Positions 14,062 to 26,117 are shown, counted from the whole stretch's first letter. The stretch: 62,741 bases of DNA, filler included, from Thelocarpon superellum (GCA_026025795.1; 16 parts of 16 records of this genome joined end to end with filler, not necessarily neighbours in it), one strand, 5' to 3'. Program-made: numbers and translations. The notes: generated from the sequence alone by a model not told the origin.

Positions 14062-15488
14062 CTAAGCGGGCGAAAAAGAATAGGCAGCGAGGACACCGGC
14101 GTCATAGCAAGGAACGAAAACCTCAGCGTAGCCATCGTTGTTGATGTCCGCCACGGCGAGCTTGCCGACGGTGCAGCCACAGTCATGGAGCATGGTGACG
14201 GAGTAAGACCAGGCGTCGGAGCCAGGGACGAGGACATAGGCCATCTGGGCAGCGTCGCCGGCGAGAGCGATGTAGGCCGGGCCAGACTTCTTCTCCGGGG
14301 TGGGGTGGAAAGCGACGGGCGAGCCGGGCGAGGCCTGGTTGAAGCCGCCCTGGGTGACGGGGAAGCCGGTGGCGAGGGTGTGGCGCACGTAGGCCGAGAC
14401 GTTGGTGATGTCGCTGGGGATCTCGTAGGCGTACACGCTGCCGCTGGGGTCGGCCCCGCCGCCCTGGTGGTTGCTGACCAGCAGATCGACCTTGCCGTCG
14501 CCGTTGACGTCCGTGACTTGCACGTCAAAGGCGGCGCCGATGCTGCTGTCGAGCGTGACCATCTTGACGTCGGCGGCGTTGGCGAAGCCCGTGCTGGCCG
14601 CGGAGTAGAAGAGGTTGAGCTGGCTGGTGAAGTAGCCGGCCGCGATGACTTCGGGCTTGCCGTCGTTGTTGAGGTCGGCCACGGTGAAGAGCGCGTCGCA
14701 TCCCGCGCCGAGCTCCGTCTCCACCCACTCGCCCGTCGGGTTGCTGGCGTCCTTGGGCTTGAGGTAGACCAGCATCGTGCCCGTGGCGCCGAAGATGGGC
14801 TTGTTGGCCCGGCACGAGACCAGCTCCAGCTTGCCGTCGTTGTCCACGTCGGCGAACAGCGCGCGGTGGTAGAACCAGCCCGATTGCGAGTAGAGCTCAA
14901 CGAAGTCGCCCGACGCGCCATTGGCCGAAGGAGAGAAGTAGAGCCCGCCGTCCGACTTGCCCGGCACGAGGAAGCCGCCGCCAACCACCACGCCGTCCGA
15001 GCCAAAAAGCTCCTTGGGCGCCGCCGTCACGTCATTGGGCCACGTTACGCTGCCCGGCACATGAGTTGCCGTCAGGGCGCTGATCCCGACCGATGCCGCG
15101 TTTGACGAGCTGCCCGACGCCACCGCCTTCGACACGTCGTTGATGCGATACACGTAGTCGTCGCCAAAGGCGTGGAACGAAGACACGAAGAGCGTGTCCT
15201 GCCCGTCCTGCGGTAGCACCGCGGCGAAGCCGGGGTCCGAGAGCGTGAGGCTGCCCAGCGACCTCACGGGTAGGGTGGAATTGATCGAGACGGGCTCAGG
15301 GCCGCCGTTGCCCCCAAGGCCAAAGATCCACGCGGGTCGCGCCGTGGCCTGGCACGCCAGCGTGGCGGCCAGGAAGGCATGATTACGCAGACTGGCAGGG
15401 GGAGGAGGTGGGTTAGCGTTCGATGTGGCCTTGACCTGCCGGGATTGCTCCTGGCGGTCGGAATCGAGACTTACGATTCAGAAAACAT
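14062..15488 (-). CDS. Secreted FG-GAP/VCBS-repeat (integrin-alpha-like beta-propeller) protein; 2 exons
   Basis: ATG at 15488, intron 15392-15474 (GTAAGT...GCTAAC...CAG), giving MFSESLRNHAFLAATLACQATARP (signal-peptide-like) in frame with ORF 14062..15267; four DxD/NxDG loops: DVDNDGKLEL, DLNNDGKPEV, DVNGDGKVDL, DINNDGYAEV. Confidence 0.85.
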
Positions 15489-16000
15489 GATGACGGGGAA
15501 TCGAGTTGCTTCCAACGGCTGAGTCTCGTGGGCTGTCGAGAAGGTCAAAGATGGATCGGATGGGGCGTCTGGCTCTCCATTCTGGACGCAGCGGAGTAGC
15601 TATTTATCTGCACCGTGTTTCCCCAACGAGGGAGTCGATCAGGACACATGCAAGACATCCCCACACATGTGCGATGGAGCCATGCCCCAAAGGTAGCAGT
15701 GGAGCTGCGTCCCCCATCGCTGTCAAGGGTAGGCCTGCGGCTGGCGACCAGGCGTGTGGGGTGGCAGACGAAGAGGTTGGCCTTCTGTCAGCCGACTGTC
15801 CGCATCCAAAAGCGACCAGCGACCCAAGAAGGAGGTCCTTGTGTTGTTGCATGCTGAAGTGCCGGTCATCCGCCAGGTGCAAACACTCCTCCGACGAGAT
15901 GGGGAGAGGAACTGCCAGACACGACCACGCGCGGAGCTGGTCCGTCCAGGGCCTCGCCGGAGCTAATGACACATCCCCTAATGAGCCGCATCCCCTTCGA

Positions 16001-16050
16001 GGGCTGTGAAGGGCCGTGAAGGGCTGTGAAGGGCTCTGAAGGGCTGTGAA
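16001..16050. repeat. 10-mer minisatellite (GGGCTGTGAA)x5
   Basis: gggctgtgaa gggccgtgaa gggctgtgaa gggctctgaa gggctgtgaa. Confidence 0.9.
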
Positions 16051-16211
16051 AGGGCTCCAGGGGTCTCATGCCTCGTGCAAAAGGCAAGTGCTCCGCCACC
16101 GTGGTTGTCGATTGTGCAAGGAGCGTGCATAAAACGGGGAAGCGAGGTAAGCGGCAGCACAGTCCAGTCGGCAAACACGACGCCACAATTCAGGAGAGGG
16201 CAGGAGGAAAC

Positions 16212-16311
16212 NNNNNNNNNNNNNNNNNNNNNNNNNNNNNNNNNNNNNNNNNNNNTTAATTAATTAANNNNNNNNNNNNNNNNNNNNNNNNNNNNNNNNN
16301 NNNNNNNNNNN
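16212..16311. other. Artificial contig spacer
   Basis: N44-TTAATTAATTAA-N44. Confidence 0.98.
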
Positions 16312-19302
16312 CGGATCCTGCGAATTGATCTGGACAACCCGGCAGATATCGACGGTACGCTCCCGGCCTGCGCCTGACCATCCATGTCCAGATGCGCGAT
16401 CGTCGGCAAGCTGACACGCCAGGTAGACATTGATCTCCCCAAACGGTCTGCTGAAACAGGCATCATCCGACGCATGTTCCTCGACCCCACCTCGTCCCAT
16501 TTGATCATCACTACGACTTTGGCCGACAACTACTATCTGCATACGCAATCGCGGCAACCCAAAGTGCTATCCCGGCTCAAGGGCGTCTCCATCGAATGCA
16601 TTGCTTGGAACCCCTCCCTCCCAACCGCCTCAACGCGGGAGATCCTGGTCGGCGCGTCGGACGGGAACGTGTATGAGGTCTACATCGAGCCGTCGGCCGA
16701 GTTCTACCGGCGAGAAGAGAAGTACCTGAAAGCTGTCTACAAGATCAATGACGGACCCGTCACCGGCCTGTGGACGGACTTGATCCCGGGCACGCCCGAG
16801 CTCCGCCGTGTGCTCGTTGCCTCACACCAGTCGCTCTTGCACTTCATTGGGCGGGTTGGACGGCATACGCATGATGGGGGGGGATCGATCTTCACCCGCC
16901 TGTTCGAAACAGAGTCGGCCACGAGTCACGAGGTTACAACCACGTCGGCCACTGCCCCGTCTACCCTGGTCGTGTCGCCAGATGCTTCCGATGCCGCGCC
17001 GCTGAAAGACGATCATGACGAGCGACTTTTTGCCTGGCTATCGGCCGACGGAGCGTTCAGTGGACCACTCCGCACGACGCCGGCGACGACCAACCTGGGG
17101 AGTCAGGTCTTTGCAGAGTCCAAGCTGTTCCCCACGTCGGAGATCCCGCCCTCCGAGTCCGGGGTTATCCAGCGGAGGTCCTCTCATCTCTTGCGGGAAA
17201 CCGTCTCTTCCATTCTCTTGACCCAGTGGCACATCGTCCATCTGATCAATGGCCGGCTCGTTGCGCTCAACCGGCTGGACGGAAAAGTCGTATACGACGA
17301 GGCCGTCTTGGACGCTCGTCAATCGGCGCTGGGGCTCTTTGCCGATCAGAAGAAGAACACCTTCTGGCTCTTTACGGCGCAAGAAATCTTTGAGATTGTG
17401 GTGACAGATGAAGATCGCGAAGTGTGGAAGATCATGCTCGCGCGGGGCCAGTTCGATGCGGCGCTGCTGCACGCGAGAAATCCCGGCCAGAAAGATGCCG
17501 TGGCGACGGCGTCGGGCGACCACCTGGTCCGTCGCGGCGACTTTGTCAGCGCCGCGGGGGTGTATGGAAAGAGCAGCAAGCCCTTTGAGCAGGTCGCGCT
17601 GACGTTCATTGACCATGACGAGCAAGATGCACTGCGGAAGTACCTCCTGACCAAGTTGGCGACGTTGAAGAAATCATCCGTCATGCAGCGTGTCATGGTG
17701 GCCGGGTGGCTGGTGGAGATATTCATGTCGAAGCTGAACTCGCTCGATGACACCATCACGACCAAAGCCGAGCTTTCCGAGTCGACCAATACGGCCAAGT
17801 CGGAGGAGCAGCTGGGCTTGGTTCGGACGGAATTTCATGACTTCTTGGCACGGTACAAGGGTGACCTGGACCGTAAAACAACGTACGACATCATCAGCAG
17901 TCATGGACGGGAAGAAGAGCTGCTCTACTATGCCAGCCTGGTCAACGACTACAACTACGTGCTGGCCTACTGGGTGCAGCGAGAACGATGGCCCGAGTCC
18001 TTGGATGTACTGAAGAAGCAAACCGAGCCCCCGATCTTCTACAAGTACAGCAGTGTTCTAATGAGCCATGCGCCGATGGATCTGGTGGACATTTTGACTC
18101 GACAATCGAATCTCGAGCCGCGGAATTTGATCCCTGCCTTGTTGAATTATAACAAAGACACTGATGTGCCGCTGATTCAGGTTCGTCTTCCGGACGATTC
18201 TAGGGTCAAGAGGCTGACGAGGAGCAGAATCAAGCGGTGCGGTATCTTCTCTTTGTGATCAACCAACTGCGCTCGACCGATGCGGCCGTGCACAACACTT
18301 TGATCTCCATCTACGCATCGCACCCGTCGAAAGACGAGGCTGCCTTGCTAGCCTACCTTCAGTTGCAGTCGCAGCAGCAGGAGCGAAGCTACGACGCCGA
18401 TTTCGCTCTGCGACTGTGCATTCAGCATCGGCGGGTGCAGAGCTGCGTACACATCTACACCTCCATGGGGCAATATCTTCAAGCCGTCGAGTTGGCCCTT
18501 CGACATGACGAGATCGATCTCGCCAGCATGGTGGCTGATCGACCCGAGGAGAACGCTGCATTGCGGAAGAAATTGTGGCTGGCCGTGGCCCAGAAAGTCA
18601 TCTCACAAAGCGACGGCATCAAAGCGTAAGCACGAATGACCCACTGCCAACCTCCACGCTAAGAAGTCTTCTCCAGCGCCATTGAATTTCTCAAACGATG
18701 CGACCTCCTCCGCATCGAAGACCTGATCCCCTTCTTCCCCGACTTCGTCATCATCGACGACTTCAAAGAGGAGATCTGCGCGGCACTGGAAGACTACTCA
18801 CGACACATTGATTCGCTGAAAAAGGAAATGGACGAGTCGTCGCAGACAGCGACGAACATCAAGAGCAAGATCGCAGCGTTGGACCACCGCTACGCCATCG
18901 TCGAGCCCGGCGAACGCTGCTACGTGTGTCAGTTCCCGCTGCTGTCTCGCCAATTCTTCGTCTTTCCGTGCCAACATGCCTTTCATTCCGACTGCCTTGC
19001 CAAGAAGGTGGTTGAGCAGGCCGGCGTCAGCACCGGTCGCCGTATCAAGGAACTGCAGACGGAAGTCAGTCGCGGAGTCACGGGTGGTGCGAAGCGCGAA
19101 CGCGCAGTAAGGAAGTTGGATGCCCTGGTCGCCGCAGCTTGGTACGGTTACCGCCGTCTCTTCTCCCCCCCCTACGCGCATTGACAGGAGAGAAGCTAAC
19201 AGAGGTAACAAACATAGCATCTTATGCAGCGACACCGCCATCAAGATCATCGACGAGCCGTTTGTTTCCTCTGCGGATGACACGGGCGAGTGGGCTTTAT
19301 AA
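16312..19302 (+). CDS. VPS18: HOPS/CORVET subunit Vps18/Pep3 (DigA), 5' partial, spliced
   Basis: RMFLDPTSSHLI, DQKKNTFWLFT, KPFEQVALTF, DADFALRLC, LRIEDLIPFFPDFVIIDDFKEEIC and C-terminal RING-H2 CYVC...FPCQHAFHSDC...CILC. Confidence 0.95.
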
Positions 19303-20186
19303 AGGAGTGACGGATTCGTTCATGTATCTACGTGATATGCCGACGTTCAGTAAGATATGGGAATTGAAGGATTGAATCGACCTGCTTTGCTTTCCACTTC
19401 TCTCCTGCCCTCGGCCTATGGAGCGGGTGATGGGGTGGTGGCGGTACGAATATATAGCCACCCCATCGCGCGGCTCCCCACCGGAAGTGAGCCGTGGAGG
19501 GAACTTGCTGTAGCTTTGCAATGGAAAGAAGGAAATCGCTTTTGAGCAAGAATCTACTTCTCAGATCCGTTCGGGCATGTTGATTCCCATCCTTGTCTTC
19601 GAGGGGTTGAGGGCGTTCATTGTGCTATTGCTGCTCGTTGCTTATCTATGTGGATCGTGCTCGTGTGGGGAGATGTATGGGGAAATGGGGTGGATGGATG
19701 GGGAAGTATCGTGGGAAAAGGAAGAAGAGAATGGGAGGATGTAGTTTTCATTTAAAGTGACGTGGAGTGAGGTGTGGAGACGGATTGTGGAGACGGATAC
19801 AGGGGATCTGTTCGTGATGTGGAGGGTGAGACGTGGATAGAATGGGACTCAAGGTAGGGGGGCAGTGCGGTCGGGTTCCGGGCCGAAATAGGTTGGAAGA
19901 AGTTGAGAGAGGTCGAGGGAAGGGCCGAGGGAGACAGAGAGAGGGATGAAAGGGCAAGGAATATGGTGGAATAGAGAGGACTGAATCTTCGTCGCCCGCT
20001 TCTACCGGCCCTTCTTCCTCTCATCCGAGCCTGCCCTTCTTGATCACCCTCTCTTGCCCTTTCCTTCTTTGTCCGTTGCTCTCGTCCTGGATCCTAACCT
20101 GGTGTGGCTTGGCACCTCTTCCTCAGTTTGGCTGGAGGGGCAATGGTCCAAGGAAGCTCGTCGTCAGAGATCTCCGTGCAGGCGGG

Positions 20187-20286
20187 NNNNNNNNNNNNNN
20201 NNNNNNNNNNNNNNNNNNNNNNNNNNNNNNTTAATTAATTAANNNNNNNNNNNNNNNNNNNNNNNNNNNNNNNNNNNNNNNNNNNN
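20187..20286. other. Artificial contig spacer
   Basis: N-flanked TTAATTAATTAA. Confidence 0.98.
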
Positions 20287-20316
20287 CAGCACCAGCACCA
20301 GCACCAGCACCAGCAC
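20287..20316. repeat. (CAGCAC)n hexamer repeat at contig start, encoding Gly-Ala repeats at the LYS1 C-terminus
   Basis: cagcaccagcaccagcaccagcaccagcac. Confidence 0.85.
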
Positions 20317-21795
20317 CGGTAGCGGAAGCAGGGAGCGACGCGACCTTTTGCTTGAACAGCTGCTCGGCCTGCGTCCAGACCCTGGCGTGTCCGCGGTCCT
20401 TGAGCTGCAGTAGACTCGGCAGCAGCGCGGCGCTGAAGGCCTCGCTGGCTTCGCGCGGCAGCAGGCTCGGCAGGTGGTCGATGGATATCACGCTCAGAGG
20501 GGGCGGGTGCGCCAGCGGTACGCTCACCGTCGGCTTCTGGAACGTCGTGTTGATGCTGGCGTGGCGCGTGCGCGGTTAGTTGCTTGATGCTGGGGTGGGT
20601 GGAGGGGAGGGAAGAGTGAGAGGGGCTACCTGTAGATGGGTATGGGATCTGCGGTGATGCGTCAGTAGCGTCCAAGGGTTGCACGGCTCGTTCAGCGTGT
20701 CTGCTCACTGTGTGGATTGGTCGTGTCGCATGACACATCGCAGACGACGCTGAGAGCTGTCGTGCACCAGTTCGTCAGCACGCGGCGAGGCGGAGACGGA
20801 AAATTTCACCGACTTCGATTCTCGCTGTCGAGGCTCTTCGAGTCGATGAAGGGCGGAATCGGCTGCGATAGATAGATGGCGTTGACGAAGATGTCGGATT
20901 CCTGGCACCCGGGTCAATCTCGTCCTCTCCCCGTCGTGTCGCCGTCCGAACACGTACCACTATCTCCTGATACGGACCAGGCTTGGCCGACGTCTCCGCC
21001 AGATCCCACTGGGCGATCTGGGCGTCGGGAATCCCAACCTTCTGACAGAGCTCCACGGCCCCGCCTCCGCACCGTCCGAGCGCCCCGATGACCAGCACCC
21101 TCGGAAGGCGGCCGCTCTTCTCCCGACCCCGCTGAAGAGCCTGTCGGATGTCATCCAGGAGCAAGGATTCCTGCGCGTAGCTGGTCACGGCGGGCAGGGG
21201 CTCGCCCGGGTGTTCGAGCTGCCACGCCCACGCCTGGACGGCCAAGGCCGCGCCCACGAAGCCCGCGTGGTATCCGAACGCGGCGACGCGGCGTCCGCTC
21301 TCGTCTTGCAAGAACTCCAGATCGAGCAGCGTGCCGCCTCCTCGCGGAAATCGGCTCAGCACCTCTTCCCATCCGCCTTGGTTTTTATACACGTGCGCGA
21401 ACTGGATGTGCGTGTGCTTGAGTGGGAAGCTATCCTCTGGAAGTTCCTTGAGGCCCACGATGATGTGGTCGCTGGGCGCCGATGGCCATGACCCCTCCGG
21501 CACGAGGGTCGCGCCAACCGCGGCGAATTCTTCGTCGTCAAAGATGCGGAGGGTTGAACGCTCCACCAGCACATCGAAGCCTTCATCCAGTAGAGCCTTG
21601 GTGGTGGTGGGCGTCACTGTGCTTGCGTGTGAGACGGTCTGCCTCTCTGCTTTGCGAGTCAACTTACGCACGCGCTGATCGATGTTCTGGATCATTACGG
21701 AGGTCAGTGAATGACATTCAATAATCTCTTAAAATATATCATATATCACCTAAAGGCTTGGACTCCGCACGTAGGTGCAGAGTTGGCGGAGCCAT
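20287..21795 (-). CDS. LYS1: Saccharopine dehydrogenase (NAD+, L-lysine forming); 6 exons incl. 15-nt and 19-nt micro-exons; stop lost in the gap
   Basis: [104 protein letters not shown]. Confidence 0.96.
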
Positions 21796-22419
21796 GTTGG
21801 CTCAATTACTCTTGAAAGGGTCTGGGAAGGTGCATGAAAGCCCTCGGAAAGAGACGATGTTGTTAGAAGACCAGATGTTCTTTCGTAGGCGGAAGTTCTG
21901 TATGGGAACATGTTATACCCCACGGACGGTGTGACTCAGGGACAAGGGAACTTCGATATTCGCAGTTCTCGTGCCCCGGTCGGAGCCAATCAACGACGTA
22001 GAACCCCTGGTCAGGGTTTGTGCGTGTTGCGCGGATGACTAAGGTAGCCGTCGAGTGGCGAGGGGCGCTGTGTCTGACGTTTGATCGCTTGAACCTGACG
22101 CACCGCCCTCCGCTAAACCAGGTTCATCGGACCTCGGCAGGCGAACGGGAAGCAGGGTCCAGGGCCAACGGCCGAACCACCACACGCCCGACTCCGGAAC
22201 GAGAGCTGATTAGTGCATGCTAACTGGCTAATTCGTAATCCTCAAGAAGGTCTCATGCCTACGCTGCACCGTTCATCACGACAATTCGGAATAAAAGCAT
22301 CGTCGGCGCCGGCGTCATGTCTTCGTCCGCTTCCGTCTGCTGCTTGGTGTTACCCTCTCGCTCGTGCCCTCTCGCTTGATTTTTCTTCCCGCCACTCACC
22401 ACCACAAGAATTCTTTCCC

Positions 22420-23545
22420 ATGTTGCGTCGTACCTTGCAGGCACGTGCTGCCCTCCATCCACCGTCGACATGGACTTCACCAGCACCACGGCCCTTCCGT
22501 CCGTTGGCGGCGGCATGCACTCAGACCCGCCGTAGCTCACATTCGCCCATGGGTACGCTGCCGGTCAACTCGCGCAAAAAGGTCACCATCAACACGCTAC
22601 AGGCGCTCTATCGGGCGGGCGAGCCCATCAGTATGATCACGGCGCATGACTTTCCGAGCGGGCATGTTGCCGATGCTGCCGGCATGGACATCGTTCTGGT
22701 CGGCGATAGCCTGGCCATGGTGTCGCTGGGCATGGACGATACCAGCGAGTTGGTCCTCGACGAGATGATCCTTCATTGCCGCTCTGTCGCACGCGCCGCC
22801 AAGACGGCGTTTACGGTAGGCGACCCCCTTGGTACCCGACTCGTCGCGGCCGACTCACGCTCGTGCCTAGGTTGGCGATCTACCCATGGGGAGCTACGAG
22901 ATCGCCCCGGAGCAGGCCCTCGAATCCTCCATCCGCCTCGTCAAAGAGGGCCGGGTGCAGGCCGTCAAATTCGAGGGCGGGCGTGAGATGGCCCCAGCGG
23001 TCGCGCGCATCACTGCGGCCGGAATCCCCGTGCTAGGCCACATCGGCCTGACGCCTCAGAGGCAGAACTCACTCGGAGGCTTCCGGGTCCAAGGCAAGAC
23101 GACCGCGGGCGCCAAGAAAGTGCTTGACGACGCCTTAGCGCTGCAGGATGCCGGCTGCTTTGCCATTGTGCTTGAGGCCGTTCCTGCCCAAGTGGCCACC
23201 ATCGTCACTCAGCGGCTGAGCATCCCGACCATTGGGATTGGCGCTGGTAATGGTTGCTCCGGCCAGGTCCTGGTACAGATTGATATGACCGGAAATGTCC
23301 CGCCCGGCCGCTTTCTGCCCAAGTTCGTGAAACGCTACGGAAACGTGTGGGAAGAGAGTATGAAGGCTCTGCGGGCATATAAGCGTCAGTCATGATCTTG
23401 ACCCTGGACGCACACACGTATGCTAACCCGCACCACAGACGAGGTCAAGACACGAGCATATCCCGCCCCCGAACATACCTATCCCATGTCGCCCGACGAG
23501 CTTGAGGACTTCCAACATCTGGTCGATGTTCAGTTTCGAAGGTAG
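22420..23545 (+). CDS. ECM31: 3-methyl-2-oxobutanoate hydroxymethyltransferase (ketopantoate hydroxymethyltransferase), mitochondrial; 3 exons
   Basis: Arg-rich presequence MLRRTLQARA; ITAHDFPS, LVGDSLAMV, VKFEGG, GHIGLTPQ, PTIGIGAGNGCSGQVLV; introns 22816-22870 and 23385-23438. Confidence 0.95.
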
Positions 23546-23704
23546 TACTTCATCCGTCGCTGCGCTAGGGTCGATTTGGAGGTCCTTGTCCGCATTCAAG
23601 CGAGCTGTCGTCGTACATGGTGGCCATTTTGTCGACTCATACCCGGTCTTTGATCCTGTCTGGTACTCTCGGTCGTTCGCATTATATGGGGGGGGTACAT
23701 TTGT

Positions 23705-24136
23705 TCATCCAAAGGCCGGCGTTTTGGAGTATGCGATGATCAATTGCTCATCAGTTTTGAAGCACTGAGCCCGCCGTTAGTACGTCGCGGAAGGAATGCA
23801 ATATAGATGATGTGGCCGACATGCCTTGAACAAGTTCCCCACGATTTCGTCCAGCGCCGGTGCAAACACCGAATTCACGTACAAGAAGACCGATTCCGAA
23901 GGGGGGCATTTCAGTCGAGTCCGTAGGAAATTGACCACCGTCTCAAACCGCTGAGACGCACTGATCTTGTAGACCTGCTGCCGTAGAATGGGTGCAGATC
24001 CGACTGCCTTGAAACGCACCGTGACTATACGCTCCCCAAACATCCGCCTGTTAGCCGCGAGAGATCTCACGGTCGCGCACGCTGGACCACTCACCCTTTT
24101 TGAGCTCAGTGGCTCCGGCTTGAGCCAGAGCGGCGT
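23705..24136 (-). CDS. ATG12: Ubiquitin-like autophagy protein Atg12, 5' partial
   Basis: [52 protein letters not shown] ending in the conjugating Gly; introns 24025-24094 and 23765-23824 (GC-AG). Confidence 0.94.
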
Positions 24137-24236
24137 NNNNNNNNNNNNNNNNNNNNNNNNNNNNNNNNNNNNNNNNNNNNTTAATTAATTAANNNNNNNN
24201 NNNNNNNNNNNNNNNNNNNNNNNNNNNNNNNNNNNN
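24137..24236. other. Artificial contig spacer
   Basis: N-flanked TTAATTAATTAA. Confidence 0.98.
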
Positions 24237-24711
24237 TACTGCTTAACCCGACATAGCTCGTGTTCCCCTCAATTAGTGGGGCCTACACGCCATATTAGCC
24301 ACGTTGGCACCGGTCGCGCAAAAATCAAGGGTGTTATGTAAAAGGAATCGTAAGGAGAGAGGGCGTGGTGGCGACTTGCAGAAGTGACTTGATTGGGTCC
24401 GTTCCTGGCTCCTTGGCCCTACTTCTAGCGCTGGGTAGCTTCCGTCCGTCGTTTTTGATAGCCTCCATCGCCCTTTCGCCCCTCCACCCCCAGTCCCTAC
24501 TCCCGCTCCAGCTGCAGGGGTAAATGAAATGGTATTCGGTACATCAGAGGAAGCATTGATGGTGACCGTAAGATGATGAGAGTCGCGGGGCATGGCCGTG
24601 AGTGACAGGAATATACGCTGCGTACACGACTTGAAAGGTAGAGACCGAAAATTTGGACAGGACGAAGAGGATGGTAGGACGTTGAGATTATGCCACGTGC
24701 TGATGGGATCA

Positions 24712-26117
24712 TCACGTCGCGTTCCATCGGTTCTGGTGCACGACTTCTCCCTTGTTAGGGGCCGTGTCCACATCGACCCGGTCGGTCTTGGTGATGCCAT
24801 TGTCCTTCTCGGACGGTACCGCAGGCGCCGACTCGGTGGCAGGCACCAGGCCCCTCTGCGAGCCCGCCAATTCAAGATAGTTGGCGTCGTTGAAGCGGGA
24901 GTCGTTACTGCTGATCCCCGTGTTCTTGGAATCCTCAGTGAAGTCTCCTATCACCGCACGCCGTCCACGGGCCACGGCCGGATGGGGGCGGTTTCGCGAC
25001 GAGCCAAATCCGGAATATGAGGCGTAGGATTTGAGGAGCGTGGGAAGGATCTTCTGCAGAATGGGCTTGAACGCCGGCATGCAGCTGCAGAAGAAGCCGA
25101 CGTACAACTCGAGCGACCTGCCGCGGGTCTAAGATAATGTATGGTTGATGCAGGATGGAATTCACTCACAGCCAGAAGAAGACGTCGCTGATGTGATCGG
25201 TGACGTCGGCGACGAAGTTGCCATTGATGATGGTGTAGTACAGGCTGACCAAGGCACACGCCACCGCCCTGAGACCGGGGTCAGTATCGAGCAGTTTCAC
25301 CGGGTGGTGGTGACTCTTACAAGAGACCCGTCAAGAAGATAGTTAAGATGCCTAGCCTCTGGCTGAGCTTCGCGTGGAGTCGCAACACGATCGGGATCGG
25401 GATGGTGACAATGAGGATGTCCGTCAATGCGTTGAAGGTGCGGAGGCTGATGTTCAATCGCCAGATATCGAAGCAGTACGCCTTGTAGTTCAAGACGGCA
25501 TGCCAGTAAGCGTCGATGGGTTTGCAAGCGACGAGATTGGAGATAAACCCGGCGGCGTTGTAGAGGACGAGGAAGGTCATGAAGAAATAGATGAACCATC
25601 TCAAGTACTTGCTCGTCGTGAAGATGCGGAGATAGAGGAGTAAGATGGATAGCTTGACGCCACAGATGGCCAAGTAGTAGAACATCTCGATCAGCGCTTC
25701 AATCTGCGTCCCCCAACCGTCAGCCGCCGTCTACTTGAAGAGGATTGAGATGCGTACGAGGAAGAAGCGCCCCTCGTAGAAAGTGATCGACGGCACATTC
25801 CACAGGTGCTGTCCCAGGCCGATACTGTAACAATCCAGGATCAAACCACTGAAGGCCAGGACAAAGACCAAGGCGGCCATTGCGGCGTAATCATCGGCCC
25901 CGAGAAGGCGAGTCACCTTGATGCGCGTATAGAGACGGATGACCATGAAGATGACGGCGAGAATGATCCCCACGATGTTGACGGACAAGATGCGATGGGC
26001 CTTGCTGCTGTACGCATTGAAGTCCGACGTGACGCCCGGTGGAGGCTCCAACGCCGGCGTCCCGGGCGTGAGCGGATCGCTGGCCTGGCGAGCCACGAGA
26101 GTTGCAATCATATCCAT
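24712..26117 (-). CDS. PTH11-like (fungal rhodopsin-domain) 7TM membrane protein without CFEM; 4 exons
   Basis: ALEPPPGVTSDFN, RLYTR, ADDY, GLGQHLWNV, KLSILLLYLRIF, CKPIDAYW, TDILIVTIPIP, ELYVGFFCSCMPAFKP. Confidence 0.9.

Noticed and set aside
13950..15105. Long overlapping alternative-frame and antisense ORFs (also 52628-53686, 57913-58873, 469-1194)
   Set aside because: Expected shadows of high-GC3 coding sequence; no motifs, Arg/Pro/Ala-biased composition
21617..21671. Stwintron at the GTGCGTAAGT donor
   Set aside because: 55 nt is too short to hold two nested introns
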